DNA of 64,000 nucleotides from Desulfurococcaceae archaeon (GCA_038888155.1 JAWAJB010000002.1:160001-224000), one strand, 5' to 3'; counted from the first letter of the stretch, positions 47,876 through 58,717 are shown. Made by a program: numbers and translations. Notes: generated by a model not told the origin, from the letters alone.

Positions 47876-48394
47876 TTGGAGGAATTTTTAGAGTTCTTAA
47901 GGTCTAGAAGAAGTATTAGAAAATTCAGTCAAGAGCGCCCACCTATGGATTTACTTATGAAGGCCATTGATGTTGCACGATATGCACCTAGCGCAAGAAA
48001 TAGCCAACCTTGGAGATTTATAATAATAGAAAGCGATGAAGTTAAGAAAAAGCTTGCATCGCTTCACCCCTATGCTAAACCGCTTGAAGAGGCCCCCCTT
48101 GCCATTGTCGTTACCTGTCAAATCGATGAATCTCCGGTCTCTTACATGCTAGACTGCGGGAACGCAACAACATACCTCTTATTGGCACTACATGCTGTTG
48201 GTCTCGGATCAGTATGGATACAAGCGTTGAGAAATATTGATGAGGTAAAGGCTGTGATTAGCGCGCCTACTAACGTCATACCAGTTGCAATACTAGCTGT
48301 TGGCTATCCAAATGAACAACCGCCAACAAGACCAAGGAAGCCCCTCAATGAATTGGTTTACTTGAACAAATACGGTAACAAGGCAATAAAATAA
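47876..48394 (+). CDS. nitroreductase family protein
   Basis: RRSIRKF, APSARNSQPWRF, GLGSVW, VGYP. Confidence 0.9.
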   Translation: MEEFLEFLRSRRSIRKFSQERPPMDLLMKAIDVARYAPSARNSQPWRFIIIESDEVKKKLASLHPYAKPLEEAPLAIVVTCQIDESPVSYMLDCGNATTYLLLALHAVGLGSVWIQALRNIDEVKAVISAPTNVIPVAILAVGYPNEQPPTRPRKPLNELVYLNKYGNKAIK

Positions 48395-48396
48395 TT

Positions 48397-49770
48397 CTAA
48401 ATGTATGGGAAATCTAAAGAGGGAGGTGCATAAGAGGAAACCGCCACTTTGTCGGCTTTCAAGATAGCTGGCAAAGCTAAAATACACAACGATGCAGCTA
48501 AAATACAAAATCCAGCAACCAACTTCTCGCTAATCGGTTCGGACATTATTTCAAAGTCCAGTGAAATGGGAGAACCAAGTTTTGCTCTGCCATATTCGTC
48601 TAGTATTACGATTACTGATTTCATAGTACCCCTTGAGCGAATTATTGCCCCACGCCCATCATATTTTGCATCTAAATCCACTTGTACTGGAACATTTAGA
48701 TCGGCTATTTTTACATTATAGCTAATGTAACCACTAAACTCTTTGCCTGTGTATGTCGGGTTATATATAATTGGCAGTATTCTGCTTGAAAAAATCCTTA
48801 TATAGTCGCTATAACTCATTGAAAATAATGTCCCCTCGGATGTTATTATGAGTGCTAGCTCTTCGCTTTGATCTAAATAAAGAGGAGAGCCTGACTCCTT
48901 GATGTTCCTCACAGTTATAGCTGTAGTATATATCGACGCGTTAAGGGACGTAAGAGCTCCACCTATGAAACCACCCAATATAGCCAAAAGCAGGATTGCT
49001 AAAATAATTTTTGAAAATTTTCCAAGACCCTTTGGCTTAGCTATATATATCCCATATAAATCTTGAAGATATTTGTAAATATAATCCATGTATGAGGGCT
49101 CTCTTACGCTTACTTTAACAAGGAGTGGTATTAAGGCCATGCCCATTACGAAGCCGCCAATGTGGGCAAAGTATGCCACTCCGCCGAGTCTCATGTATCC
49201 ATAAATTACCTGTTCTGCAAACCAAAACAACAGGAACGTAGAAGCAGATAACCTGAAGCAATAAGGAAATAAGAAGAAATAGGTACACATTACAAGCTTG
49301 GTGTGCGGTAACATTAGGATATATGCTCCAAGCACACCGCTAATAGCCCCCGACGCTCCAACTGCTGGTATCGTCAAAGAGTCATAACCTCCAACTGGGA
49401 TGAATGCTACATGAAATAACACAGCTGAAATACCGGAAAGTAAGTACAGCCCAATGGTTTTGATATGTCCGATAAGTCCTTCTATCCGCGAGCCAAATAG
49501 CCAGAGGAAGTACATGTTGAAAAATATATGGAACAAATCTGCGTGTATAAACATACTTGTAAACATTTTTACGACGCCGTTAACCGGGTCAGACAGTAAA
49601 TAAATTGGCTTGAAGCCATAATCTAATACGCTCTGATCAGAAGTCTGGAACAATGGCGAGTAAGAAGAATAACTAGTGTACAAATACACCGCAACGTTCA
49701 AAACTATAACGAGCATTATTACAATCGGGGAATATTTCCCCTTAACAACCTCTCCTGGGAATACTGTCAA
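48397..49770 (-). CDS. rhomboid intramembrane serine protease with a C-terminal extension
   Basis: FIHAD..HI..NM, GASGA, AHIGG. Confidence 0.9.
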   Translation of the reverse strand: MTVFPGEVVKGKYSPIVIMLVIVLNVAVYLYTSYSSYSPLFQTSDQSVLDYGFKPIYLLSDPVNGVVKMFTSMFIHADLFHIFFNMYFLWLFGSRIEGLIGHIKTIGLYLLSGISAVLFHVAFIPVGGYDSLTIPAVGASGAISGVLGAYILMLPHTKLVMCTYFFLFPYCFRLSASTFLLFWFAEQVIYGYMRLGGVAYFAHIGGFVMGMALIPLLVKVSVREPSYMDYIYKYLQDLYGIYIAKPKGLGKFSKIILAILLLAILGGFIGGALTSLNASIYTTAITVRNIKESGSPLYLDQSEELALIITSEGTLFSMSYSDYIRIFSSRILPIIYNPTYTGKEFSGYISYNVKIADLNVPVQVDLDAKYDGRGAIIRSRGTMKSVIVILDEYGRAKLGSPISLDFEIMSEPISEKLVAGFCILAASLCILALPAILKADKVAVSSYAPPSLDFPYI

Positions 49771-50083
49771 TGCAAAATCACGCTCGGGTGAGCTACTGAG
49801 GATATTGAATTAAAAAAATAACTTATAAATAACACAGTAACCTAAAACATATGCCTTAAATATTCAATTTAATATAATAGCGCATCTTTTGAGAAAAAAG
49901 AAAATCCCTTACTATATTTTATTTTTCATAAGATTGTGCCGAAACCCAAAGCCAAAGCCCACTCGCTATGCATTGAATGGAGAAATAAGCAGAAGTGAGC
50001 AGGGCGGTAATATATATTAAATAAAATTTTAAACTATAGTATCGCTCAAATATCTATGTTATCAATTTTAGGGCAAGAGAACA

Positions 50084-51127
50084 ATGGTGCTTGAGTGTTT
50101 TACAAAGCCAGGTATGAAGGTAATGCTCTTAGCAATAGGTGGGGGTGGAGATATAATTTCAACTGCAGTCCTATCCAGATCTCTCATGAGACAAAACATA
50201 AAGACAGTTATCGCCTCAATAGCTTGGGAAAGATATATTAATGATCCATCGCCGGGACCTTTAAGGCTGGATGAGATAGTTAACTTTGTGGAGAAAAAGG
50301 AGGGGTACATCTTAATAGACGGGAGATCCTACGCTGTTCGAGGTGGTTACAAGGTAATTTTCCAAGCTGCTAGGGTATCTGAAGCGTTGAATGAAAAAAT
50401 ATACATTATTGACTTATATGGAGGGGTGAATGGATACGTTAAATCGATACGAGAAATAGTAGCAAAGGAAGGGATTGATCTTATTATTGGCGTTGATGTA
50501 GGCGGTGATAGCATTGCTGTAGGATGCGAGGAGGGCCTATGGAGTCCTCTTGCAGACTGGATGGGCTTATCAGCTCTCCATGTAGTCAAAGGCAAATTAG
50601 CCCTACATTCACCTGGTAGTGATGGCGAACTGGAACAACAATACTTACTAAGTAGAATAGATCATATCGCGAGCAAGGGGGGGTTGCTCGGTATTAGGCT
50701 TTTATGCGAATCCGATGCGAAGCTGCTTGAAAACATACTGGAGAGAGCTAGCACCGAGGCCTCACTGATTTCACTGCTTGCGTATAGAGGTAGAAGGGGT
50801 GAGTTAACGCTCCGTGGGGGAACGAGAAAAGTAACGTTGTCTTTTTTAAGCACTTTAACATTCCTTTTGGATACAAACATAGTTATTGAGGATATAAGGC
50901 CTGCGAGAGAACTAACTGACACGAAGTCCATATATGAAGCGAATAAATTATTAAACGCCTATGGAATTTACACCGAGCTCGACTTCGAAGAAGATCTAGC
51001 GAGAGCTAATATTAAACCTTATGAGCTCTCTGCTGATTTAGTAATGAGGATAAGAAAATCCGGTAAAGAGCGAGTTGCTAAAAGCGCAATGATTAATTAT
51101 TGCAGGGAGGTTAACAAGTCACCTTAA
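50084..51127 (+). CDS. DUF1152 domain protein
   Basis: GGGGD, WER..DP.PGP, DVGGD, SPLAD, DGEL, TEAS. Confidence 0.8.
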   Translation: MVLECFTKPGMKVMLLAIGGGGDIISTAVLSRSLMRQNIKTVIASIAWERYINDPSPGPLRLDEIVNFVEKKEGYILIDGRSYAVRGGYKVIFQAARVSEALNEKIYIIDLYGGVNGYVKSIREIVAKEGIDLIIGVDVGGDSIAVGCEEGLWSPLADWMGLSALHVVKGKLALHSPGSDGELEQQYLLSRIDHIASKGGLLGIRLLCESDAKLLENILERASTEASLISLLAYRGRRGELTLRGGTRKVTLSFLSTLTFLLDTNIVIEDIRPARELTDTKSIYEANKLLNAYGIYTELDFEEDLARANIKPYELSADLVMRIRKSGKERVAKSAMINYCREVNKSP

Positions 51128-51312
51128 TTTCTAGGCCAATAAATAGACAGAGGCATAATAAATTTATTCCTTGCTGGTTAAGCGATGTAATTAAAGCTTT
51201 AATGCGTTTCTAGCAACGATAGTGGCTTCTTATTTCTATGCAGGACAACGCACGTTGAGATCAAAGGATTGATCAAAAAATATTTTAAGGTGCGCCCATA
51301 ATAGACTACTAG

Positions 51313-53253
51313 GTGTACAATGTGAGCTATTTTAAAAAGTATCTGCTACTAAGTGAACCTGGGAAAAAAATAGTTCTACCGGGCAATTATGCTATCGCGA
51401 GAGGAGCATTAGAGGCAAATGTCGACGTGGTGACCGGGTACCCTGGAACGCCCTCGTCGGAAGTGCTTGAAATATTAAATGAACTGTCGGAAGAAATCGG
51501 CATTTACGCTGAAGTTTCGACAAATGAAATCGTTGCTGCAGAGATAGCTGGCGGCGCTGCTATGGCGGGATTGAAGGCGCTTGCGACTATGAAGCACGTG
51601 GGGGCTAACGTTGCCTCAGACTTTCTTAATACTGTGAATTTAACCGGTATTGATGGATCCTTTGTAGTTTACATAGCTGACGATCCGGGCGCATGGGTTT
51701 CCCAGAATGAACAAGATACTAGAGTATATTGTGAACTATTCCATATCCCTTGTCTTGAACCTTACTCTCAGGAGACCGCAAAGCTTCTTACTGTAAAGGC
51801 CTTTGAATTATCTGACAAATACAAAGTCCCCGTAATTCTGCGGACTACTCATAGAATAGCACATGCAAGTGGCATTGTGACATTGGGCTCGCTGCCGAGA
51901 TATCCGAAGGATCTACCCAGCGGCAAATTCACTAAGAACATAGAGAGGTGGTACTTGGGCGATATATTTGTACAAAAGCTCCACAAAGAACTGCACGAAA
52001 AGCTAGATAAGATTAAGGAAGAGTTTACAAAATTCGAGTCCAACTTTATTGAAAAGGGGAGCAGTGAGTTCGGCGTAATAGGCGACGGAGTTAGTATTAT
52101 GTACGCTAAAGAAGCAATAAGCGCAATGGGCTTAGATGACAAAGTAAGCCTCTTGGCAATTTCTACAATTTATCCAGTCCCAGACAAGCTTATAGCAAAC
52201 TTTCTCCAAGGACTTAGAGAAGTTCTAGTCGTCGAGGAAGTAGAACCCTATATTGAGAATTACGTTAAAGTCATAGGTATGGACTATGGTTTTAGAGATT
52301 TGAAGGTCTACGGCAGGGGCTCGCACCATATACCTATGCAGAGCGAGCTGAGTCCTGGCATTGTAGCAAACGCTATTGCTAAGATTAAGGGAATTAGTGC
52401 ACCCGCTCATCTAGGCAAAGACCAGTGGATGGCCGCTATTAAAAAAGCAGAGGAGAAAACTCCGCCAAGGTATCTAACATTCTGTCCAGGTTGTCCACAC
52501 CAAGCGACATTTTATGCGCTCAAAGTAGCGTTAGCTAGTGAACGAATAAACTTAGCAAATACACCAGTAATACTAGATATTGGATGCTATGGTCTCGCAC
52601 CATTTACAGCCGTCCAAATAGGGGATGTTAGCTTCAATATGGGCTCAGGTTTTGGACTAGCTATGGGATTGAGAATAGGGCTTTCACGAAAAGAAACTCC
52701 GGTTGTTGTTGGAGTGGTAGGAGACTCTACATTCTACCATGCAGCGTTGCCAGTCATAGCAAACCTCAAGTGGAACGAAACCGAATACAAGGGGATATTA
52801 TTACTAGTAGCAGATAACAGAATAACAGCTATGACTGGGGGACAACCAGATCCTAGCTCGGGTTATAGAGGCAATAGAAACCCGTCCCCTGTAATTCCCA
52901 TTGAGAACATCACGAGGGCTCTTGGTCTCGAAACCATTGTTGTTGATCCATACGATGTTAAAAGGACGGTCGGAGAATTTAGAGAAGCAATAAAGTTAGT
53001 TAAAGAAGGCAAAAACATAGTTGTTGTGTCGAGAAGAGGCTGCGCATTATATTATGAACCAAGAAAGAAGCCCTATTTTGTTGATTTAGAGAAATGTCGT
53101 GGATGTAAACTTTGTATAAGCTCATTTGGATGTCAAGCTATAAGGTGGGACGAGTCAATAAGCAAAGCAAAAATAGCTTCCGAGCTATGTGTTGGCTGCG
53201 GCGTATGTGCAGCTATTTGTCCCTTTAACGCAATAAGTTCTGAGGGAAGGTGA
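51313..53253 (+). CDS. iorA: indolepyruvate:ferredoxin oxidoreductase alpha subunit
   Basis: GN.AIARGA, YPGTPSSE, MKHVG.NVA.D, SQNEQD, CPGCPH, DIGCY, GDSTF.H, AMTGGQ, C-terminal ferredoxin. Confidence 0.95.
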   Translation: MYNVSYFKKYLLLSEPGKKIVLPGNYAIARGALEANVDVVTGYPGTPSSEVLEILNELSEEIGIYAEVSTNEIVAAEIAGGAAMAGLKALATMKHVGANVASDFLNTVNLTGIDGSFVVYIADDPGAWVSQNEQDTRVYCELFHIPCLEPYSQETAKLLTVKAFELSDKYKVPVILRTTHRIAHASGIVTLGSLPRYPKDLPSGKFTKNIERWYLGDIFVQKLHKELHEKLDKIKEEFTKFESNFIEKGSSEFGVIGDGVSIMYAKEAISAMGLDDKVSLLAISTIYPVPDKLIANFLQGLREVLVVEEVEPYIENYVKVIGMDYGFRDLKVYGRGSHHIPMQSELSPGIVANAIAKIKGISAPAHLGKDQWMAAIKKAEEKTPPRYLTFCPGCPHQATFYALKVALASERINLANTPVILDIGCYGLAPFTAVQIGDVSFNMGSGFGLAMGLRIGLSRKETPVVVGVVGDSTFYHAALPVIANLKWNETEYKGILLLVADNRITAMTGGQPDPSSGYRGNRNPSPVIPIENITRALGLETIVVDPYDVKRTVGEFREAIKLVKEGKNIVVVSRRGCALYYEPRKKPYFVDLEKCRGCKLCISSFGCQAIRWDESISKAKIASELCVGCGVCAAICPFNAISSEGR

Positions 53254-53873
53254 AACCTATGAAAGAGTCTAAGCAAGTAATTATAACAGGAGTAGGCGGA
53301 CAGGGAAACATTCTCTTAGCTAGGGTTATTGCTACAGCTACACTTATGGCAGGGTACGATGTTAGAGTGGGTGAACTATATGGTTCGGCACAGAGAGGTG
53401 GGCCGGTAGTTAGCTATGTTAAATACGGGGACAAGATATATTCGCCGATCATAGAAAGTGGGGCCGCAGATGCTATAATCTCGCTGGAAATAGGCGAAAC
53501 ACTGAGGAGGCTTAGCTTGCTAAAACCACAAGGAACAGTAATAATAAATAACTATTCGCTCATACCTACAGAAGTATCTATTGGCAAAGCTAAATACCCA
53601 ACACTTGAGGAAGTAATATCTATTGTGGGCAAAGTCGCAGGAAATATTTGCGTTGTTCCTGCAACGCAAAGCGCTGTTGAGTTGGGCGAGGTGAGGGCTA
53701 CAAATATTGTAATGTTGGGCGTCTTTGCACATGTATTTAACTCAGGTATCCCAATGGATTACTTTATAACAGCCATTAAAGAAAATGTTCCCGCTAAATA
53801 CGTTGATATTAACATTAAGGCATTCGAAAAAGGCGGCATGCTGGCGAGAGATTTATGTCTTCGAATCCCTTAA
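53250..53873 (+). CDS. iorB: indolepyruvate:ferredoxin oxidoreductase beta subunit
   Basis: GVGGQG, G.AQRGG.V, NIVMLG, N..AFE.G. Confidence 0.93.
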   Translation: MKPMKESKQVIITGVGGQGNILLARVIATATLMAGYDVRVGELYGSAQRGGPVVSYVKYGDKIYSPIIESGAADAIISLEIGETLRRLSLLKPQGTVIINNYSLIPTEVSIGKAKYPTLEEVISIVGKVAGNICVVPATQSAVELGEVRATNIVMLGVFAHVFNSGIPMDYFITAIKENVPAKYVDINIKAFEKGGMLARDLCLRIP

Positions 53874-55300
53874 GAACTTTTTTCTACCCAGAGAGCATAG
53901 CAATCATAGGCGCTTCAAGAAATCCGCTAAAAATAGGTGGAATACTAACTAAGAATATTATTGAGGGCGGGTATAAAGGAAAAGTATACTTAGTGAATCC
54001 TTCAGGAGAGTCCATTTTTGGATTTAAGGCATATAAAAGCATTCTCGATGTCAAGGATAATGTTGATTTAGCAATTATCGTTATTCCGGCTAAATCTGTC
54101 CCCATTGCGTTGAGAGAACTTGGAGAGAAGGGAATAAAAGCTGTCGTAGTGATCTCCTCCGGTTTTGCTGAAGCTGGGAATGAGGGCAGAGCTCTACAGG
54201 AAGAAGTTGTAAAGATAGCAAGGCAGTATGGCATAAGAATGATAGGGCCAAACAGTTTCGGCATAGTATCTTCGCATATTAACTTAAATGCTACTTTTGG
54301 GGTGCCATTAAAGACAAAGGGTTCCATTGCGGTGTTATCTCAGAGCGGGGCCATAGCTGATGGAATACTTGACTGGTTTCAAGATGAGGGGTTAGCGTTC
54401 AGCATATTGGTTAACCTTGGAAACAGAGGAGATGTTAGTGAATCGGAGATCTTGGAGTTTCTACTGGAGGATGAAAACACTGAAGCTATTGGAATATATC
54501 TTGAGGGGTTGCCTCCTGGAGGCGGAAAAAAGTTTATGGATACGCTGAGTGCTGTATCAAGAGTTAAACCCGTTGTTATTTTAAAGGCGGGCAAAAGTAC
54601 TGCTGGCGCTAAAGCCGCCCTCTCTCATACTGGATCATTGGCTGGGAACTACCGTGTGTACGAGTCCGCTATTCGCCAGAGAGGGGGTATATTTGTAGAG
54701 GACATGGAAGGGTTTATGGATACGTTAAGAGCCTATAGCGGATACATTAAGAGGCTTAAATACTCAAAAATAAAATGTCAACATGTTAGTTGTTCGAGGA
54801 GTGCATCTACCAAGAAGATCGCTATTATAAGCAACTCGGGAGGACTTGGAATACTCGCATCTGATGAAGCAGAGAAAATTGGACTAGAGGTGCCCACGCT
54901 CCCAAGCAATGTAGTTAATGATATAAGAAAAATAATTCCCCCATTTGGAAATCCATACAACCCTATTGATATAACAGCTCAGGGCACACCTCAGGATCAA
55001 TACAGTATGTACACCAAAGTATTTGAAGTTATAGAAAAGGCACAGCTGGTCGATGGATACGTCCTAGTAATTGAGGGAAGCTACCCACCCGAGTTAATGG
55101 GCGTCTTAAAAGATGCAGTAGTGAATGATATACTTCAGAAGACGCCCAAGCCAGTTGTTGTTAATTGGTTTGCTGCTAAATCGGCTGTAGCTAGTTATAT
55201 CTTTGAGATCGAGAAAAGCGGCATACCCGTATACCCCACACCAGAAAGAGCAGTAAGAAGCATTCACAAACTATTAACTCATAGTGTAGTGTTGGAGTAG
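53855..55300 (+). CDS. ADP-forming acyl-CoA synthetase (ACD) alpha subunit
   Basis: IGAS, GFAE, GPN..G, SQSG, SHTGSLAG phospho-His, NSGG.G, NPID. Confidence 0.92.
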   Translation: MSSNPLRTFFYPESIAIIGASRNPLKIGGILTKNIIEGGYKGKVYLVNPSGESIFGFKAYKSILDVKDNVDLAIIVIPAKSVPIALRELGEKGIKAVVVISSGFAEAGNEGRALQEEVVKIARQYGIRMIGPNSFGIVSSHINLNATFGVPLKTKGSIAVLSQSGAIADGILDWFQDEGLAFSILVNLGNRGDVSESEILEFLLEDENTEAIGIYLEGLPPGGGKKFMDTLSAVSRVKPVVILKAGKSTAGAKAALSHTGSLAGNYRVYESAIRQRGGIFVEDMEGFMDTLRAYSGYIKRLKYSKIKCQHVSCSRSASTKKIAIISNSGGLGILASDEAEKIGLEVPTLPSNVVNDIRKIIPPFGNPYNPIDITAQGTPQDQYSMYTKVFEVIEKAQLVDGYVLVIEGSYPPELMGVLKDAVVNDILQKTPKPVVVNWFAAKSAVASYIFEIEKSGIPVYPTPERAVRSIHKLLTHSVVLE

Positions 55301-55342
55301 CCTCTACTCAAACTACAACATTGCTTTTATTTTTATATACAC

Positions 55343-56080
55343 TTAAAGTTCAATTTCGTATCCCGGATATGGTAGGTATACCTCAAGGTCGCCTGGAACC
55401 CCTGTCCTCAGTCCTGGGACATCTACGTAGTAGTGCGCAAGCGCGAGGCGCTTAACACCGGCTTTTGAGGCCACTAATATTGCGTCATTAATTGTACTGT
55501 GCCCATATAGATGCGCCCCTTCCACGTATCCCGCCGACTCGTGTATTAGTAGGTCGCAGTTTTTTGCTAATTCTATAAGATATGGGTTGTATGATGTGTC
55601 GCCAGAATATGTAACGCACTTGTCTTCAGCTTCAACTCTCACAGACAGAGTTGGTACAGGATGGATAGTCCTCTCAAATTTTAAATTAAAAACACCAATA
55701 GATAATTTGTTTGCACTCGATATTGGGTGCAGTTTAACTATATTTACATCCACACCGAGAGCTTTTAATACTCTAAAAAGATCCTCTAGGACTTCTTCAG
55801 CCACGTATACATTAACTTCATTGGACCTCTCAAAATATTTAGCAAGCATAATTAAAGTTGGAAGTCCAATTACATGATCCCCATGAAGATGCGATATTAT
55901 AATGCCCTCCAAGTCGCTTACCTTAAAGCCATGAGAGTAAAGAGCCCTACAAGTCGCTTCGCCTGCATCCAGCAAGATGCCTTTACCAGTTCTCGGTAAT
56001 ATTAGAATAGACAAGTGTCCTAGAATAGGCTTTGAAATCCAACCGCCTACGCCTAAAAATACTACTTTCAAATATCTCAC
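55343..56080 (-). CDS. metallo-beta-lactamase fold hydrolase, RNase Z-like
   Basis: DAGE, SHLHGDH, YSGDT, IHE, GHST. Confidence 0.85.
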   Translation of the reverse strand: MRYLKVVFLGVGGWISKPILGHLSILILPRTGKGILLDAGEATCRALYSHGFKVSDLEGIIISHLHGDHVIGLPTLIMLAKYFERSNEVNVYVAEEVLEDLFRVLKALGVDVNIVKLHPISSANKLSIGVFNLKFERTIHPVPTLSVRVEAEDKCVTYSGDTSYNPYLIELAKNCDLLIHESAGYVEGAHLYGHSTINDAILVASKAGVKRLALAHYYVDVPGLRTGVPGDLEVYLPYPGYEIEL

Positions 56081-56326
56081 CTTATATAGCCAAATCAGGT
56101 AATTAAATCAAAATAACCTTTTTTGCACGTGAAAGTTAAGAATCATGATTGCAATTAGGTATGGCTATTTTTGTTTGGATTGGAAGTTAATATAAGTAAA
56201 AAATTCATCGATTATTTTACAATTATTAACTTAAATTAAAAAGTATCTATAGAAAATCGATCTTACTGTAGCTTCGTAGCAACATTTTTATTGGAGATAC
56301 ATAATGAAATGGTCAACGTTGATATT

Positions 56327-57004
56327 TTAATCAGCTCGTTTGTTTTTCGACAATTTATTTAAAAATGGATTCGATAATAGCTCCTCTCTTAATGTGGTCT
56401 CTTCGCCATGCCCTGGTAGAACTCTAAAATCTCCTTCTAAAGTTGTTAATTTCGCAAGCGACCTCATAAGATTTTTCTCTGAACCGCCCCTTAAGTCCGT
56501 TCTCCCAACAGTGCCTTTAAATAAAGTATCACCGGTGAAGAGGAGAGATCCGATTTGAAGACAAACACTACCAGGGGTGTGTCCAGGTGTGTGTATAACA
56601 TTTAATTGAAATCCATTTACATCAATTTTCCCTTCTTGGCTTATTGGTTTTATGTTCGTAGGCTTATTGAATTTCTTTCTATATTGTACCAAGCCTAGTA
56701 TGCCAGATCTATTCATTATTCCCACGTCGGCCTCGTGAATAATAACTGGGGCATTATATTCACCAGATAAGTCTCCTGAGTGGTAAACATGGTCAAAGTG
56801 CCCATGTGTTGCTATAATGAATGCAATAATGCGCAGGCCTAAATTTTTAATGGCGTTTTCAATAATCTCAATCTCTGCTCCTGGGTCAATTATAAAGCCT
56901 AGATCTCCTCTATAAACAATGTAAGTGTTTGTGGCCAGAGGTCCACCGGTTACTCTCAAGTATGATATCTCCAATTCGCCATTCACCTGCCAATCTATAA
57001 TCAA
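56327..57004 (-). CDS. metallo-beta-lactamase fold hydrolase, glyoxalase II-like
   Basis: THGHFDH, HTPGHTPGS, FTGDTLF, GRTD, PGHG. Confidence 0.9.
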   Translation of the reverse strand: MIIDWQVNGELEISYLRVTGGPLATNTYIVYRGDLGFIIDPGAEIEIIENAIKNLGLRIIAFIIATHGHFDHVYHSGDLSGEYNAPVIIHEADVGIMNRSGILGLVQYRKKFNKPTNIKPISQEGKIDVNGFQLNVIHTPGHTPGSVCLQIGSLLFTGDTLFKGTVGRTDLRGGSEKNLMRSLAKLTTLEGDFRVLPGHGEETTLREELLSNPFLNKLSKNKRAD

Positions 57005-57067
57005 TAACTACGTCGCTCTATTATCCTTAAAACTGCCCAGTTTAAATGAAGCTAAACACAATCGACT

Positions 57068-58717
57068 TTACTCAACTTGAGAAGGAGATAGTTCACTTAT
57101 TTTAATTGGTTCAAATAGGTTTTGTTGTTTTTGAAAATGTTGGAGTAATTCAAGCTCCCCGATCTCGGTCACGCTCTTATAAGCTCTAACACAGTCTTCC
57201 AAAACTCTTCTTTCGACTTCTCCTTTCTTGAGTCTTATAGTGATTTTAATGCCCTCAATAGGTATCATAACAAATCCCAAGGCATGCTTGTGAATATTCC
57301 TGGCGAAGTATTTCACCGCGTTCTTTATAAGTTGTTCTTTGATTTTATTTTTCTCAAAAGTCGTATGGACCACCCTACTCCTCAAGCTCCACAAAGTCTT
57401 TCTAATGAAATACGAGTAACTTGCAAATCTCTGAGTTATAAATAACTTGAATGGAGAGACGCGACCTTTAATTATAGGCGTTAAACAGTCATACAAGTCA
57501 AAATCTGATGATATAAGGGTACCATCCCTTACCGCACTTTCAAAAGCGTCTGTCCCGGGAAGGGGTGTGTATATTGAAAAGTGGGCTACATCTAGCCCGT
57601 ATTTAATTAAACCGTAAGCGTACTTTATAGTTCTTTTGATCGATTTGATATCTTCGTAGGGAGCCCCCAAAACAAAACCAGCGTATACTATTATACCTGC
57701 TTTTGAGAGTAATTGTACTGCTCTAATTCCTATATCCGTGTTATTCCCCTTTCTCATTCTCTTCAAAGTCTCTGGATCTCCACTCTCGATTCCTAGAAAA
57801 GAGATACGAATGCCCGCCTCTTTTAATTCATTAATTAGCCATGGATTTTTAACTATCAGATCTGCCCTTAATTGAACGATTCCTTTCATCTCTCGACCAT
57901 ACAACTCTCGAAGTTTATTTAGCAAATTCAACTTGGTAATAATTCCTGTCTTGGTTGGCACTATGAAGTTATCATCAACAAAGAATAACCACTTAAAACC
58001 CAATTGAAAAATTCTCCTAATTTCTTCAATGACTCTATCTACACTCTTTAACCTCCACCTCGCTCCCCACATTTTAGTGACCGAGCAGAAATCGCACCTA
58101 TAAGGACACCCTCGTGAAGTCTCCACAGGCGCAACTGGTGCATTAGACTCTAATATGTCTATACCATAAAGCTCCTTTTGATAGATCTCATATTTTGGAA
58201 TGGGGAGCTCGTCTAGGTTTTCTATAAATTTTCTCATCCCGGTTGTCTTTATTATCCCATGTTCCCTAAATGCTATACCCTTGATATTAAAGGGGGCCTC
58301 TCCTTCTTTAGTTCTTCTCAGGATATCCCTGAAGGTCTCTTCTCCTTCGCCAAGGACTACGAGGTCAACAACGCCGCTATTGAGGATCAGAGGATACGTA
58401 AAGGTGGCGTGATGTCCACCAGATATAATAAGCGGATTAATAGCTCTCTTTAAGGTCCTTGCTACTTCTAAGCTGGCATTATGACTCGTTGAGCTATTCA
58501 TTACAAAGCCAACGATGTCAGGATCGTAAGTTATAGCTACATCGACCAATTCATCGGCTTTTAGATTAAGGGCCAAGCTGTCAACAAACTTTACATCATA
58601 CCCTTCTCTCTCGGCTATCGCCGCTAAATAGGCTACAGAAAGCGGAGGTATTCTAAAACCAAACACATCAGAGTAAATGCTCTTAGAACTACTTACTAGG
58701 GTAAGCAACACTCTCAT
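57068..58717 (-). CDS. cobalamin-binding radical SAM protein
   Basis: PPLSVAYLAA, GGHHAT, GEGE, TSRGCPYRCDFC, FVDDNF, GIESG, TPLPGT. Confidence 0.9.
   Translation of the reverse strand: MRVLLTLVSSSKSIYSDVFGFRIPPLSVAYLAAIAEREGYDVKFVDSLALNLKADELVDVAITYDPDIVGFVMNSSTSHNASLEVARTLKRAINPLIISGGHHATFTYPLILNSGVVDLVVLGEGEETFRDILRRTKEGEAPFNIKGIAFREHGIIKTTGMRKFIENLDELPIPKYEIYQKELYGIDILESNAPVAPVETSRGCPYRCDFCSVTKMWGARWRLKSVDRVIEEIRRIFQLGFKWLFFVDDNFIVPTKTGIITKLNLLNKLRELYGREMKGIVQLRADLIVKNPWLINELKEAGIRISFLGIESGDPETLKRMRKGNNTDIGIRAVQLLSKAGIIVYAGFVLGAPYEDIKSIKRTIKYAYGLIKYGLDVAHFSIYTPLPGTDAFESAVRDGTLISSDFDLYDCLTPIIKGRVSPFKLFITQRFASYSYFIRKTLWSLRSRVVHTTFEKNKIKEQLIKNAVKYFARNIHKHALGFVMIPIEGIKITIRLKKGEVERRVLEDCVRAYKSVTEIGELELLQHFQKQQNLFEPIKISELSPSQVE

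Noticed and set aside
54532-54735. Repeat GTTTATGGATACG 180 nt apart in the ACD alpha gene
   Set aside because: Both copies encode FMDT in frame; only two copies, not a mobile or CRISPR repeat
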